Assembly (NCBI GenBank): GCA_035529075.1
Contig: DATKXK010000005.1
Coordinates: 196,981 to 260,980, forward strand
Origin: Acidobacteriota bacterium
GTDB lineage: Bacteria; Zixibacteria; MSB-5A5; GN15; FEB-12
Reading direction: 5' to 3'
DNA length: 64,000 nt
Each line of letters begins with the position of its first letter. The first letter of the stretch is position 1. The position numbers and the translations under genes were made by a program. Under the pieces are notes generated by a model, which saw only the letters and a program-made list of their open reading frames with translations, made no database searches and was not told the DNA's origin. This document shows, piece by piece, positions 1-9,642 of this stretch.

Positions 1-1
1 T

Positions 2-997
2 ACCGCCGGGACGTTCCTGACCGACATCGCCCTTCCCGAGACGGGTTCCTCCGGCGCGCTGCGAGGGACGTGGGACGGTCCCGATCTGCTGTTCAGGTTC
101 AGTTCCTTTGTCCGCCCGCGTACCATCTATCGGTATAACCTGGCGAGCGGTGACCGTGATGTCTGGTTCTCTCGGGGCGGTGGCCCCGAAAGCGGTCGGT
201 ACGACGTGAAACAGGTCTGGTATAGTTCCGTGGATGGTACACGACTTCCAATGTTCGTAGTGCACCGCTCGGGGCTGGCGCTTGACGGCAGCAACCCGGT
301 GCTGATGACCGGCTACGGTGGTTTCAATCACAGCATGACTCCCTGGTTCAGCCCGACGGGGCTGGTGTGGGCCGAGCACGGAGGCGTTTACGTGGTGACG
401 AACCTGCGCGGCGGGGGAGAGTTCGGGGAAACGTGGCACCGGGCCGGCATGTTTGAAAGCAAACAGAATACTTTTGACGACTTCACTGCCGCGGCCGAGT
501 GGCTGATGCATAACGGTTACACCAGCGCGGACAGGCTAGCAATCTCCGGCGGCAGTAACGGCGGTCTGCTGGTCGGGGCGGCGCTCACCCAGCGGCCCGA
601 GCTTTTCAAGGCCGTTCTCTGCACGTACCCGCTCCTGGACATGATCAGATATCACATGTTTCTGGTCGCCCGGTTCTGGACGTCCGAATACGGCTCGTCG
701 GAAAACGCGGACCAGTTCTCTTACCTGATGGCCTATTCGCCCTACCACAATGTCCGGGCCGGGACCGATTATCCGGCCGTGCTGTTTGTGACCGGTGATG
801 CAGATACACGCGTCGACCCCTGCCATGCCCGCAAAATGACGGCCCTGCTGCAATCGGCGACGGCGGCAAGCGACCCGGTTCTGCTGCTTTATGATACTCA
901 AGCCGGGCACTCCGAGGGTCGTCCGGTCGGCCGGACGGTCGAGAACCTGGTCGATGAAGTGAGTTTTCTATTCTGGCAGTTGCAGGTGCGCCCGTAA
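2..997 (+). CDS. Prolyl oligopeptidase (S9) family serine peptidase, C-terminal catalytic domain; the 5' end lies outside the window
   Basis: The frame is open from nt 2. The translation carries the S9 nucleophile elbow GGSNGGLL, then TGDADTRVD and AGHS, typical of the alpha/beta-hydrolase domain of prolyl endopeptidases. Confidence 0.85.
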   Translation, partial: TAGTFLTDIALPETGSSGALRGTWDGPDLLFRFSSFVRPRTIYRYNLASGDRDVWFSRGGGPESGRYDVKQVWYSSVDGTRLPMFVVHRSGLALDGSNPVLMTGYGGFNHSMTPWFSPTGLVWAEHGGVYVVTNLRGGGEFGETWHRAGMFESKQNTFDDFTAAAEWLMHNGYTSADRLAISGGSNGGLLVGAALTQRPELFKAVLCTYPLLDMIRYHMFLVARFWTSEYGSSENADQFSYLMAYSPYHNVRAGTDYPAVLFVTGDADTRVDPCHARKMTALLQSATAASDPVLLLYDTQAGHSEGRPVGRTVENLVDEVSFLFWQLQVRP

Positions 998-1065
998 CGT
1001 CGGTCGGTTTTCCGGCGGGCACCACGAGCAATCAGCCGCTTGCCCGGTTTTGCCGTTAAAGGGGG

Positions 1066-1093
1066 TTGAATTTTCTGAGCCGAGTGTTATAAT
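1066..1093 (+). promoter_or_regulatory. Sigma70-type promoter with extended -10
   Basis: TTGAAT (1066-1071), a 16-nt spacer whose last three nt are TGT, then TATAAT (1088-1093). It lies about 55 nt upstream of GTG 1147, which is preceded by GAGGAG at 1136-1141. Confidence 0.45.
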
Positions 1094-1146
1094 GGGCCTA
1101 CTGTGAAATAGTTCACAAAGAAAGGTCCAGCAAAAGAGGAGATACC

Positions 1147-2391
1147 GTGACTTTGGTGCGACCCTTCAGGGGACTCAGGCCGCGGCCCGACGCTGCACAA
1201 GAAGTCGCCTCGCCCCCCTATGACGTGCTGAGCCGTCAGGAAGCAAGAGACCTGGCTCTCAGCAATCCCAACACTTTCCTCCGGGTCAATAAGGCAGAAC
1301 TGGAGTTTGACGACGCCGTAGATCCGTACAGCGAGACGGTCTACCTGCGGGGGAAGGAAAACCTGGAGAGGCTGATCCGGGACGGTGTCATGATCCGTGA
1401 TCCCCGGCCGGCCTTCTATCTGTATCGTCTCACCTGGCGCGGTGCCGGCCAGATCGGTCTGGTTGCCCTGACGTCGGTGGCCGAGTACGACGCCGGCAAG
1501 ATCAAGAAGCATGAAAATACGCGACCCGAGAAGGTGCGTGACCGGGCCAACCACATAGAGTACCTGCAGGCTCAGGTCGGCCCCGTGTTTTCAACCTTTC
1601 GGCACGACCCGAGCGTTGACGCCCTCTTCAAGAAGATCACTGCCGCCCCGCCCGAAACTGATTTTACCGGCCGGGACGGTGTTCGACATGAGCTCTGGGT
1701 TGTCGATGACGGCGGTCTTATCGATGAGATCACGGCAGCGTTCGCTCGGCTGGACTGCCTGTATATCGCCGATGGTCACCATCGCAGCCAGTCCGCTTCC
1801 GAGGTATGCCGACGGATGGCCGAGAAAAATCCCCGGCACAGCGGTCAGGAAGTGTTCAACTTCTTTCTTAACGTGCTGTTTGCGGACAGCGAACTCCGCA
1901 TCCTGCCGTATAACCGGGTTGTCAGGGATCTCAACGGAATGTCACCGAAGGAGATCCTCCGGCGCGCCGGTGAAAAATTCGACGTGACGGCGCAACAGAG
2001 TGCCGTCGACCCGGACCGCCCGCATCAGTTCGGAGTTTACCTTGACGGGAACTGGTATCTTCTGGAGGCTCGACCGGGCAGTTTCGACGACGCGCATCCG
2101 ACCCGTTCGCTCGACGCCTCCATTCTGGCTGAGAATCTCCTCGCACCCGTGTTCGGCGTCACTGACCCGCGCACCGACAAACGCATCGATTTCATCGGCG
2201 GTATTCGTGGTGTCGGCGAGCTGGTCAGGATAGTGGATTCCGGAGAGTACAAGGTTGCCTTTTCTTTATATCCGACTTCAATTGCACAGTTGCTGAAGGT
2301 CGCGGATGCCGGTGAAGTCATGCCGCCCAAGTCGACATGGTTTGAGCCCAAGCTGCGCAGCGGCATGGTGGTTAACCCGTTAACCGATTAA
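1147..2391 (+). CDS. DUF1015 family protein
   Basis: The N-terminus (RPFRGLRP...ASPPYDVLS.EAR) and the ADGHHR motif match my recollection of the DUF1015 family. The length (414 aa) is typical. Confidence 0.75.
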   Translation: MTLVRPFRGLRPRPDAAQEVASPPYDVLSRQEARDLALSNPNTFLRVNKAELEFDDAVDPYSETVYLRGKENLERLIRDGVMIRDPRPAFYLYRLTWRGAGQIGLVALTSVAEYDAGKIKKHENTRPEKVRDRANHIEYLQAQVGPVFSTFRHDPSVDALFKKITAAPPETDFTGRDGVRHELWVVDDGGLIDEITAAFARLDCLYIADGHHRSQSASEVCRRMAEKNPRHSGQEVFNFFLNVLFADSELRILPYNRVVRDLNGMSPKEILRRAGEKFDVTAQQSAVDPDRPHQFGVYLDGNWYLLEARPGSFDDAHPTRSLDASILAENLLAPVFGVTDPRTDKRIDFIGGIRGVGELVRIVDSGEYKVAFSLYPTSIAQLLKVADAGEVMPPKSTWFEPKLRSGMVVNPLTD

Positions 2392-2410
2392 CAAGATAAA
2401 GGACACCGAT

Positions 2411-3286
2411 ATGCTTATTCTCATCAGTGATGCCTTTGATCCGGGCCTGCCCGGTCAGCTGGCCAGGTTTGGCGAGGTGACCGACGACAAGGGCCGGGTG
2501 CCCGAGGCCGAGATTGTCCTCGTCCGGAGCAAAACGAAAGTGACCAGGGAGTACATTGACTCGGCGCCTAAACTCAAACTGGTCATTCGCGGCGGCGTCG
2601 GCCTGGACAACGTCGATCTTGAGTACGCGAGGCAGAAGGGGATAGAGGTGTACAACACGCCGGCGGCGTCATCCGTCGCCGTGGCCGAACTGGCCTTTGC
2701 GCTCATGATTGCGCTGCCGAACAACATCACCCGGGCGGACAGTTCCATGCGTGACGGCAAATGGCTCAAGAAGGAACTGACGCGCACCGAGTTGATGGGC
2801 AAGACGCTGGCTGTTCTCGGGATGGGCCGGATCGGCTCGGCCCTGGCGGCTCGTGCCCAGGCGTTCCACATGAGAGTGCTCGGCTACGACCCGTTCGTGT
2901 ACTTCTCCGACCTGGCCGAGATGAGAGGCGACCTGAGCAGCGTCCTGAGGGAGGCCGACTACGTCTCGCTGCACATGCCGCTGACGGCCGAGACGAAGGG
3001 GTTCATCAACAAGAAGACGCTGGCGGACTTCAAGGACGGCGCGTACCTGATCAATACCGGTCGGGGTAAGTGCGTGGCGGAGGAGGACGTCGCCGAGGCC
3101 CTCAAGAGCGGCAAGCTCGGTGGCTTTGCCAACGACGTCTGGTTTTCCGATCCCCCGGACTGGGACAGCCCGCTTCTGAAGGCGCCCAATTGCATTCTCA
3201 CGCCCCATCTCGGTGCCTCCTCAAGGGAGAATCTGCTCCGAATCGGCGCCATCGTGGAACAGATTATAGCGAATTTCGTCGCGTAG
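2411..3286 (+). CDS. serA: D-isomer-specific 2-hydroxyacid dehydrogenase, short phosphoglycerate-dehydrogenase-like (no ACT domain)
   Basis: NAD-binding GMGRIGSALA and the NTGRG...H catalytic region are present. It lies directly upstream of serC. The symbol is tentative and rests on context. Confidence 0.7.
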   Translation: MLILISDAFDPGLPGQLARFGEVTDDKGRVPEAEIVLVRSKTKVTREYIDSAPKLKLVIRGGVGLDNVDLEYARQKGIEVYNTPAASSVAVAELAFALMIALPNNITRADSSMRDGKWLKKELTRTELMGKTLAVLGMGRIGSALAARAQAFHMRVLGYDPFVYFSDLAEMRGDLSSVLREADYVSLHMPLTAETKGFINKKTLADFKDGAYLINTGRGKCVAEEDVAEALKSGKLGGFANDVWFSDPPDWDSPLLKAPNCILTPHLGASSRENLLRIGAIVEQIIANFVA

Positions 3287-3336
3287 AAGTTACCGGTTGT
3301 GGCCCTAATGTAAACAGAGGATAACGAGGCAAGACC

Positions 3337-4422
3337 ATGGCTCACAGGATATTCAACTTTAACCCGGGACCATCCACTCTTCCGCTGGATGTCCTGAAGA
3401 TCGTACAGGAAGAACTGCTGGATTATCAGGGTACGGGCATGTCCGTGATGGAGATATCGCATCGCTCGCCCCAGTACTCGGAAATCAACACCGATGCCGC
3501 TGCCCTGCTGCTTGAGGTGATGGGTCTCTCCAGCAAGTACAAGGTGCTGTTTCTTGGCGGCGGCGCCTCGACGCAGTTCGCAATGATTCCGCTCAACTTT
3601 CTTCCGGCCGGCAAAACCGCCGCCTACGTCGACACCGGTTCCTGGGCCTCGAAGGCCATCAAGGAGGCCAAAATCGTCGGCAACGTGCACCTGGCCGCCT
3701 CCTCCAAGGAGCAGAAGTATACGCGCATCCCCAAACCGTCGGAAATCGATATCCCGTCCGATGCCGCGTACCTGCACCTGACGTCAAACAACACCATCTA
3801 CGGTACCCAGTATCACGAGTGGCCCGACCTCGCCGGCGTGCCCCTGATGTGCGACATGTCCTCGGACATATGCTCCCGGCGGCTGGACTTCAGCAAGTTC
3901 TCGCTGATCTATGCCGGCGCCCAGAAGAACCTCGGTCCGGCCGGGGTGACGGCCGTCATTGTCCACGAGAGCCTGCGGGAGCGCTGCAAGGACGGTAATC
4001 TGACCATGCTCGACTACCGCACCCACTGGGAGAAGGACTCCCTGTTCAACACCCCGCCCGTGTTCGGCGTGTACGTCGTGAAACTGGTCCTGGAGTGGAT
4101 CAAGAAGCAGGGCGGGCTGGAGGCTGTCGAGAAGGTCAACGTGGCCAAGAAGAGCCGCATTTATGACCTGCTGGATCGTTACCCGGACTACTACCGGGGA
4201 ACGGTCGAGCCGGACAGCCGGAGTTGGATGAACCTGACGTTCCGCCTTCCGAGCGAGGACCTGGAGAAGAAGTTCATCGCCGAAGCGACGGCGGCGGGCA
4301 TGGGCGGACTTAAGGGGCATCGCAGCGTGGGTGGTGTTCGTGTCTCTCTTTACAACGCGATGCCGCTTAAGGGAGTTGAGAAGCTGGCTGAATTCATGGA
4401 GGCGTTCAAGAAGGCCAATTGA
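3337..4422 (+). CDS. serC: Phosphoserine aminotransferase
   Basis: N-terminal FNFNPGPSTLP, the YAGAQKNLGPAGVT block with the PLP lysine, and a 361-aa length are classic for SerC. Confidence 0.92.
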   Translation: MAHRIFNFNPGPSTLPLDVLKIVQEELLDYQGTGMSVMEISHRSPQYSEINTDAAALLLEVMGLSSKYKVLFLGGGASTQFAMIPLNFLPAGKTAAYVDTGSWASKAIKEAKIVGNVHLAASSKEQKYTRIPKPSEIDIPSDAAYLHLTSNNTIYGTQYHEWPDLAGVPLMCDMSSDICSRRLDFSKFSLIYAGAQKNLGPAGVTAVIVHESLRERCKDGNLTMLDYRTHWEKDSLFNTPPVFGVYVVKLVLEWIKKQGGLEAVEKVNVAKKSRIYDLLDRYPDYYRGTVEPDSRSWMNLTFRLPSEDLEKKFIAEATAAGMGGLKGHRSVGGVRVSLYNAMPLKGVEKLAEFMEAFKKAN

Positions 4423-4453
4423 GCTGCCGGCCGGCAGATACCGATAATCCCAC

Positions 4454-4490
4454 GGAGTCAGGGCCTGGTGAGGCCCTGACTCCTTTGTAT
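4454..4490 (+). terminator. Intrinsic terminator after serC
   Basis: A 12-bp stem GGAGTCAGGGCC / GGCCCTGACTCC (4454-4465 / 4472-4483) with a 6-nt loop is followed by TTTGTAT. Confidence 0.6.
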
Positions 4491-4609
4491 ATGGGCGGTC
4501 CCGGATTCACCAGCCTCAGGTTCGTTCTCATTTGACAAATCACGACTCGTGTCGTAGATAGGAACCGGTATTGTTTTCGACTGACCCGCCCGAACAAGGA
4601 GGCCGCACC

Positions 4610-6562
4610 ATGACGCCCGTCCGCACGATATGCTTTACTCTTCTGGCATGCCTGGCCATAAGCACAGCCCCCCGCGCCCAGGTCCAGCGAACCGAAGTGG
4701 GCAACCTGGCAATTGAGAGCATTCCGGAGATCCCCGACCGGATAGTCGACCGCATGCGTCAGTATAGCAATACGCGGTCTGCTTATTTGAACGGCTGGGA
4801 CCCGTCAGGGAGCGGTATCGTCATCACGACCCGTTTCGCGGAGACGGCACAATTGCACTTTGTCCGTGAGCCGCTGGGCGCCCGCGAACAGTTGACCTTC
4901 TTCGACGAGCCGGTCGGCTCGGCCCGGGTTTCTCCGGATACCGCCCGCCCCGGAATCCTCTTTTCCAAGGATATCGGGGGTGACGAACTGTATCAGATTT
5001 TCTACCTTGACCTGGACCCAAGCCACATCACCATGGTAACGGACGGCAAGTCTCGAAATGGCGAGATGAAATGGTCCCCAAGCGGCGGCATGTTCGCCTA
5101 CCAGAGCACGCGCCGCAACGGCAAGGACTGGGATATCCTGGTTGCCGACATCAACACGCCGACCGAGGCAAGGACGGTGGTGCAGGGGCAGGGATACTGG
5201 GAGCCGCTGGCCTGGTCTCCCGACGAAACCAGGCTGCTCGTAGAAAACTACGTTTCCATCAACGAAGCCTACTATTACGTCGCCGATGTCTCTTCGGGCG
5301 AGATGCAGCGAGTAAACCCATCCGACGAAAAAATGGCCATGGGCGGCGGTGTGTTCTCGGGGGACGGTTCGACCCTGTACATCATCACAGACTACGGCTC
5401 TGAGTTTCGCCATCTGAGGTCTTTGGATCTGGCCGGCCGCGAATTGAAGACGCTGACCGCGCAGATCCCGTGGGACGTGAACGGCCTGGCCATTTCGCCC
5501 TCCGGAGAGACGGTGGCTTTCACCGTCAACGAAAACGGAGTCAGCCGTCTTTACCTGCTCGACACCCGGACAGGTGCGTACCGGCCCGTGCCTGGGCTGC
5601 CGGCGGGGCAGGTCAGCGACCTGCGGTTTCGACCTGACGGTTCCGAACTGGGCTTTACGCTTGAGACACCGGTTTCCCCCGGCGACGTCTACTCCCTGGT
5701 CCTGGCTGACAGCTCACTGGTGCGGTGGACACTAAGCGAGGTCGGCGGTTTGAGCCGGGAACGGTTTGTCAGCCCCGAACTGGTAGCGTACCCGACTTTC
5801 GATTCAGTGGACGGGCAACCGCGCATGATACCCGCCTACTATTACAAACCCGAGCGTGCCGCGGAACCCTACTCGGTGGTGATCCAGATTCACGGCGGGC
5901 CCGAAGGGCAGTTCCGGCCGTATTTCAGCCCCCGCCTTCAGTACTGGGTCCGCGAACTCGGGGTTGCGGTCCTGATCCCCAATGTGCGCGGGTCATCCGG
6001 CTACGGCCGGACTTACGGGCTGATGGATAACGGCTTTGGGCGCGAAGAGTCCGTACGCGACATAGGCAGCCTTCTGGATTGGATAGACACCCGACCGGAG
6101 CTCGACCCCACACGGGTCGCCGTCTACGGCGGATCATATGGTGGCTACATGGTGCTGTCGTCGATGACCCATTACAACGACCGGCTCCGGGCGGCCGTCG
6201 ACGTCGTCGGCATCAGCAATTTCGTCACCTTTCTTGAGAATACCAAGGCGTACCGTCGGGATCTTCGCCGCGCCGAATATGGCGATGAGCGCGACCCGGA
6301 GATGCGGGAGTTCCTCAATCGCATATCGCCGACGACCAATGCGCACATGATCACCAGACCGGTGTTCATCGCGCAGGGGCTCAATGACCCCCGGGTACCG
6401 GCCAGTGAAGCCGAGCAGATTCTTCAGGCCGTGCGGAAAAACGGCGTCGAAGCCTGGTACCTGCTGGCCAAAGATGAAGGCCACGGCTACCGGAAGAAGA
6501 AGAATCAGGACTTCTTCGATCAGTCGGTCGTGCTGTTTTTCGAGCAGTACCTTCTGAAATAA
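4610..6562 (+). CDS. Secreted S9 family peptidase (beta-propeller plus alpha/beta-hydrolase)
   Basis: AAGGAGG at 4596-4602 precedes ATG 4610. There is a signal-peptide-like N-terminus, the GGSYGGYM nucleophile motif, and later NDPRV and DEGHG. Confidence 0.85.
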   Translation: MTPVRTICFTLLACLAISTAPRAQVQRTEVGNLAIESIPEIPDRIVDRMRQYSNTRSAYLNGWDPSGSGIVITTRFAETAQLHFVREPLGAREQLTFFDEPVGSARVSPDTARPGILFSKDIGGDELYQIFYLDLDPSHITMVTDGKSRNGEMKWSPSGGMFAYQSTRRNGKDWDILVADINTPTEARTVVQGQGYWEPLAWSPDETRLLVENYVSINEAYYYVADVSSGEMQRVNPSDEKMAMGGGVFSGDGSTLYIITDYGSEFRHLRSLDLAGRELKTLTAQIPWDVNGLAISPSGETVAFTVNENGVSRLYLLDTRTGAYRPVPGLPAGQVSDLRFRPDGSELGFTLETPVSPGDVYSLVLADSSLVRWTLSEVGGLSRERFVSPELVAYPTFDSVDGQPRMIPAYYYKPERAAEPYSVVIQIHGGPEGQFRPYFSPRLQYWVRELGVAVLIPNVRGSSGYGRTYGLMDNGFGREESVRDIGSLLDWIDTRPELDPTRVAVYGGSYGGYMVLSSMTHYNDRLRAAVDVVGISNFVTFLENTKAYRRDLRRAEYGDERDPEMREFLNRISPTTNAHMITRPVFIAQGLNDPRVPASEAEQILQAVRKNGVEAWYLLAKDEGHGYRKKKNQDFFDQSVVLFFEQYLLK

Positions 6563-6696
6563 TGGGTGCCGGCCGGGCCGGCGAAGGGCCTGCCGGTTCG
6601 CCTGGTCCGGGTTGCTAATTGCTTGACAAAGGGGGGGACAGAGGTTTTTATGTGACAATCTGGTTTATTACCAACCCTATGCCGTGAGGAATTGAT

Positions 6697-7923
6697 TTGC
6701 AGGCTCAGGACAAGACCGCCGTCGGCTATGCCGACCTTCTCGAGAAGTGTCGCCAGTATACGGCCTCGCGCGAAGTGCAGGCAATGGGGATCTATCCGTA
6801 CTTCCACCCTATTCAGTCTGCCCCCGGCGACGAAGTCGTTGTCGACGGCAAAGAGTGCATCATGATCGGGTCCAACAACTACCTCGGCCTGGTAAACCAC
6901 CCCAAGGTCAAAGAGGCGTCGGCTGAGGCGGCCCGCAAGTTCGGCTCCGGCTGCACCGGTTCGCGGTTTCTCAACGGGACGCTTGATCTTCACCTCGAGC
7001 TTGAAGATCGGCTGGCCAAGTTCATGAAGAAAGACCGGGCGCTGGTTTTCTCCACCGGATTCCAGACCAATATGGGGACGATTTCCTGCCTGGTCGGCAA
7101 GAACGATACCGCCGTTATCGATCGTCAGGATCACGCATGCATAGTTGACGGCTGTCGCCTCTCTCATGGCAAAACGCTGAAGTTCTCGCACAACGACATG
7201 GCGGACCTGGGACGCATTCTCGGTAATATCCGGAGCAACAACCATCGTAGCGGCATCCTGATTGCGGTCGACGGCGTTTTCTCCATGGAAGGCGATATTG
7301 CCAACCTTCCTGCGATCGTCGAACTGGCGGACAAATACGGCGCCACGGTGATGGTTGACGATGCTCACTCGATCGGCGTGCTCGGCGCCACCGGCGCCGG
7401 CACGGCCGAGCACTTCGGGCTGACCGATAGGGTTGCCTTGACCACCGGCACGTTCTCAAAGTCATTTGCGTCGCTGGGCGGGTTCGTGGTCGGCGACGAC
7501 AGCGTCATAGAGTATATTCAGCATAACTCGCGGGCACTCATATTCTCTGCGTCGATCACGCCCTCGTCGGCCGCGGCCGTGCTGGCGGCCCTCGACATCA
7601 TCCAGGCCGAACCGGAGCGCCGCGAACACCTGTGGAAAAACGCCAGGCGGATGCTCCGCGAGTTCAAGACCCTCGGATTTAACACCGTAAACTCGGCCAC
7701 GCCGATTGTCCCCATCCTGGTCGGAGAGGACCTCGACACGTTTGCGTTCTGGAAGGCGCTTTTTGACAACGGCGTGTTCAGCAATCCGATAGTCTCTCCT
7801 GCCGTTCCGCCGGGTCAGGCGATGATCCGAACGTCCTACACCGCCACGCATACCGACGAGCAGTTGGATCGGGTGCTGGAGGTGGTGGCCAAGGTCGGCC
7901 GGGAAAAGGGACTCATTTCCTGA
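6697..7923 (+). CDS. Alpha-oxoamine synthase family PLP enzyme, serine-palmitoyltransferase-like
   Basis: Contains GSNNYLGL, GSRFLNGT (the SPT-type variant of this block), DDAHS, and FSKSFASLGG with the PLP lysine. The start is TTG, with GAGGA 6-8 nt upstream. Confidence 0.8.
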   Translation: MQAQDKTAVGYADLLEKCRQYTASREVQAMGIYPYFHPIQSAPGDEVVVDGKECIMIGSNNYLGLVNHPKVKEASAEAARKFGSGCTGSRFLNGTLDLHLELEDRLAKFMKKDRALVFSTGFQTNMGTISCLVGKNDTAVIDRQDHACIVDGCRLSHGKTLKFSHNDMADLGRILGNIRSNNHRSGILIAVDGVFSMEGDIANLPAIVELADKYGATVMVDDAHSIGVLGATGAGTAEHFGLTDRVALTTGTFSKSFASLGGFVVGDDSVIEYIQHNSRALIFSASITPSSAAAVLAALDIIQAEPERREHLWKNARRMLREFKTLGFNTVNSATPIVPILVGEDLDTFAFWKALFDNGVFSNPIVSPAVPPGQAMIRTSYTATHTDEQLDRVLEVVAKVGREKGLIS

Positions 7924-7927
7924 GTCT

Positions 7928-9055
7928 ATGGCAACCTTCGAAGTCGTCGAAGTAGAGTCCTCGGCGCAACTGAGACAGTTCATTCGCTGTCCCAATCGCC
8001 TGTACAAGGGTGACCCCAACTACGTGCCGCCCCTTCTGAGCGAGCGCAGGGAATTCTTCGATTTCCAGAGGAACCCGTTTTACCGCACGGCCCGTGTCAA
8101 GCTGTTCCTGGCCCTCCAGGGCAGCGAGGTAGTGGGGCGTGTGGCCACGTGTATCAACTTCCGGCACAACGACGTCCACCAGGAGCGGGTGGGTTTCTTC
8201 GGCTTTCTCGACACGCCCGACGACTACGAGATTGCCCAGAAGCTGCTGAAGGTCGCCATGATCACGCTCAAGACGGAAGGGATGGAGAAAATGCGCGGCC
8301 CCATGAACTTCTCCACCAATCACGAGTGCGGTTTCCTCGTCGAGGGGTTCGACCGGCCGCCCGCCGTGATGATGACGTATAATCACCCCTACCAGGTGCA
8401 GTTGGCCGAAAAGTTCGGGCTCAAGAAGGTCATGGACCTCATTGCCTACCGACTCACGAAGGAAGACGGCATTTCCGAGCGGATTCAGCGCGTCGTCGCC
8501 AAGACCAGGCAGCGCACTAACATCACTTTGCGCGGCCTTCGGCTGTCTGATTTCGACAACGAAATCAAACGCATCCAGGAGGTCTACAACACGGCCTGGG
8601 CGGCCAACTGGGGATTCGTACCTATGGACGGAGCCGAATTCGAGCATATGGCCGCTAACCTCAGGCGGGTCATCGATGCCGATTTGGTCCTGATTGCCGA
8701 GCACGGGGACAGGCCGGTGGCTTTCTCGCTGGCCCTGCCGGACGTCAATAAGGGCCTGATTCATCTAAACGGCAGGCTTTTTCCACTGGGAGTGCTCAAG
8801 CTGCTGTGGCATACCAAGCTGCGAAACAAGATTGACAGCGTCAGGTTGATAACGTTCGGCGTCATGCCCGAATACCAGAAGCGCGGGATCGATTCCATGA
8901 TGTACATTGAAACGTTCGTGCGGGCAGTGGCCAAAGGTTACCGGGAAGCGGAACTGTCATGGATTCTTGAAACCAACGAGTTGATGTGCCGGGCGTGCGA
9001 AGAAATGGGTGCCAAACCGTACAAGAAGTATCGGATCGTGGAAATGCCGCTGTAA
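7928..9055 (+). CDS. Putative GNAT-fold acyltransferase, poorly characterised family
   Basis: It starts 4 nt after the stop of the preceding gene. The C-terminal YQKRGI motif resembles the GNAT acyl-CoA binding loop. The family assignment is by recollection only. Confidence 0.45.
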   Translation: MATFEVVEVESSAQLRQFIRCPNRLYKGDPNYVPPLLSERREFFDFQRNPFYRTARVKLFLALQGSEVVGRVATCINFRHNDVHQERVGFFGFLDTPDDYEIAQKLLKVAMITLKTEGMEKMRGPMNFSTNHECGFLVEGFDRPPAVMMTYNHPYQVQLAEKFGLKKVMDLIAYRLTKEDGISERIQRVVAKTRQRTNITLRGLRLSDFDNEIKRIQEVYNTAWAANWGFVPMDGAEFEHMAANLRRVIDADLVLIAEHGDRPVAFSLALPDVNKGLIHLNGRLFPLGVLKLLWHTKLRNKIDSVRLITFGVMPEYQKRGIDSMMYIETFVRAVAKGYREAELSWILETNELMCRACEEMGAKPYKKYRIVEMPL

Positions 9056-9075
9056 GACCTGGGCCACGCGTCCAG

Positions 9076-9627
9076 ATGATCGAAGTCATGAGAAAAATTC
9101 ACAAATTTTTCTTCGTCACGCTGGTCATATCGGTGACCTTTGCCTGCACCAGCCGCTACCGGCTGGATCTTTATATGGTTACCGGCGAGTTCGACAAGAA
9201 GGTAAAGATTGAAAACACGGAGTACGTCCAGGCAGCGACCATCAGGGATCCGTTCGCGGACGTTAAACTGCAGTCCGGCGACGGCAGTTGCCTGATTCTC
9301 AGCATCGGCACGCGCGGCGAGCGGCTTGAGGTAGACAGGTCACAGCTGCTTGGCTATGATGAGTACTTCCGCTGTTTGCTCTACCTCCAGTTGCCCCGGG
9401 ACCTCCGACCGGACACGATTGTGCTGGAGAATAACTCATTCGCCCACGTGATAGGGCGGTACGATCAGCCGCCTGAGGAGAAGATTTTCTTGGCTGACTC
9501 GGGCACGCTGGTGTTGGACTCGCTGCCGAAAAAACTCCTGTTCGGTACCATCAACGGTGAATACCGCAACCGGACGGGAGAAACGTTCAGGTTCAACGGT
9601 CGTTTTAAGGTGCGCGTGACAAGGTGA
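9076..9627 (+). CDS. Hypothetical lipoprotein
   Basis: An internal ATG at 9076 (or 9088) gives MIEVMRKIHKFFFVTLVISVTFAC, a hydrophobic signal ending in a lipobox-like Cys. I recognise no family. Confidence 0.45.
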   Translation: MIEVMRKIHKFFFVTLVISVTFACTSRYRLDLYMVTGEFDKKVKIENTEYVQAATIRDPFADVKLQSGDGSCLILSIGTRGERLEVDRSQLLGYDEYFRCLLYLQLPRDLRPDTIVLENNSFAHVIGRYDQPPEEKIFLADSGTLVLDSLPKKLLFGTINGEYRNRTGETFRFNGRFKVRVTR

Positions 9628-9642
9628 GCGGGTGCCCGTTCC

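Noticed and set aside
6623-6651. TTGACA-17 nt-TTTTAT as the promoter for the SPT-like gene
   Set aside because: The -35 element is perfect but the -10 candidate is poor, so the evidence is insufficient to list it as a feature.
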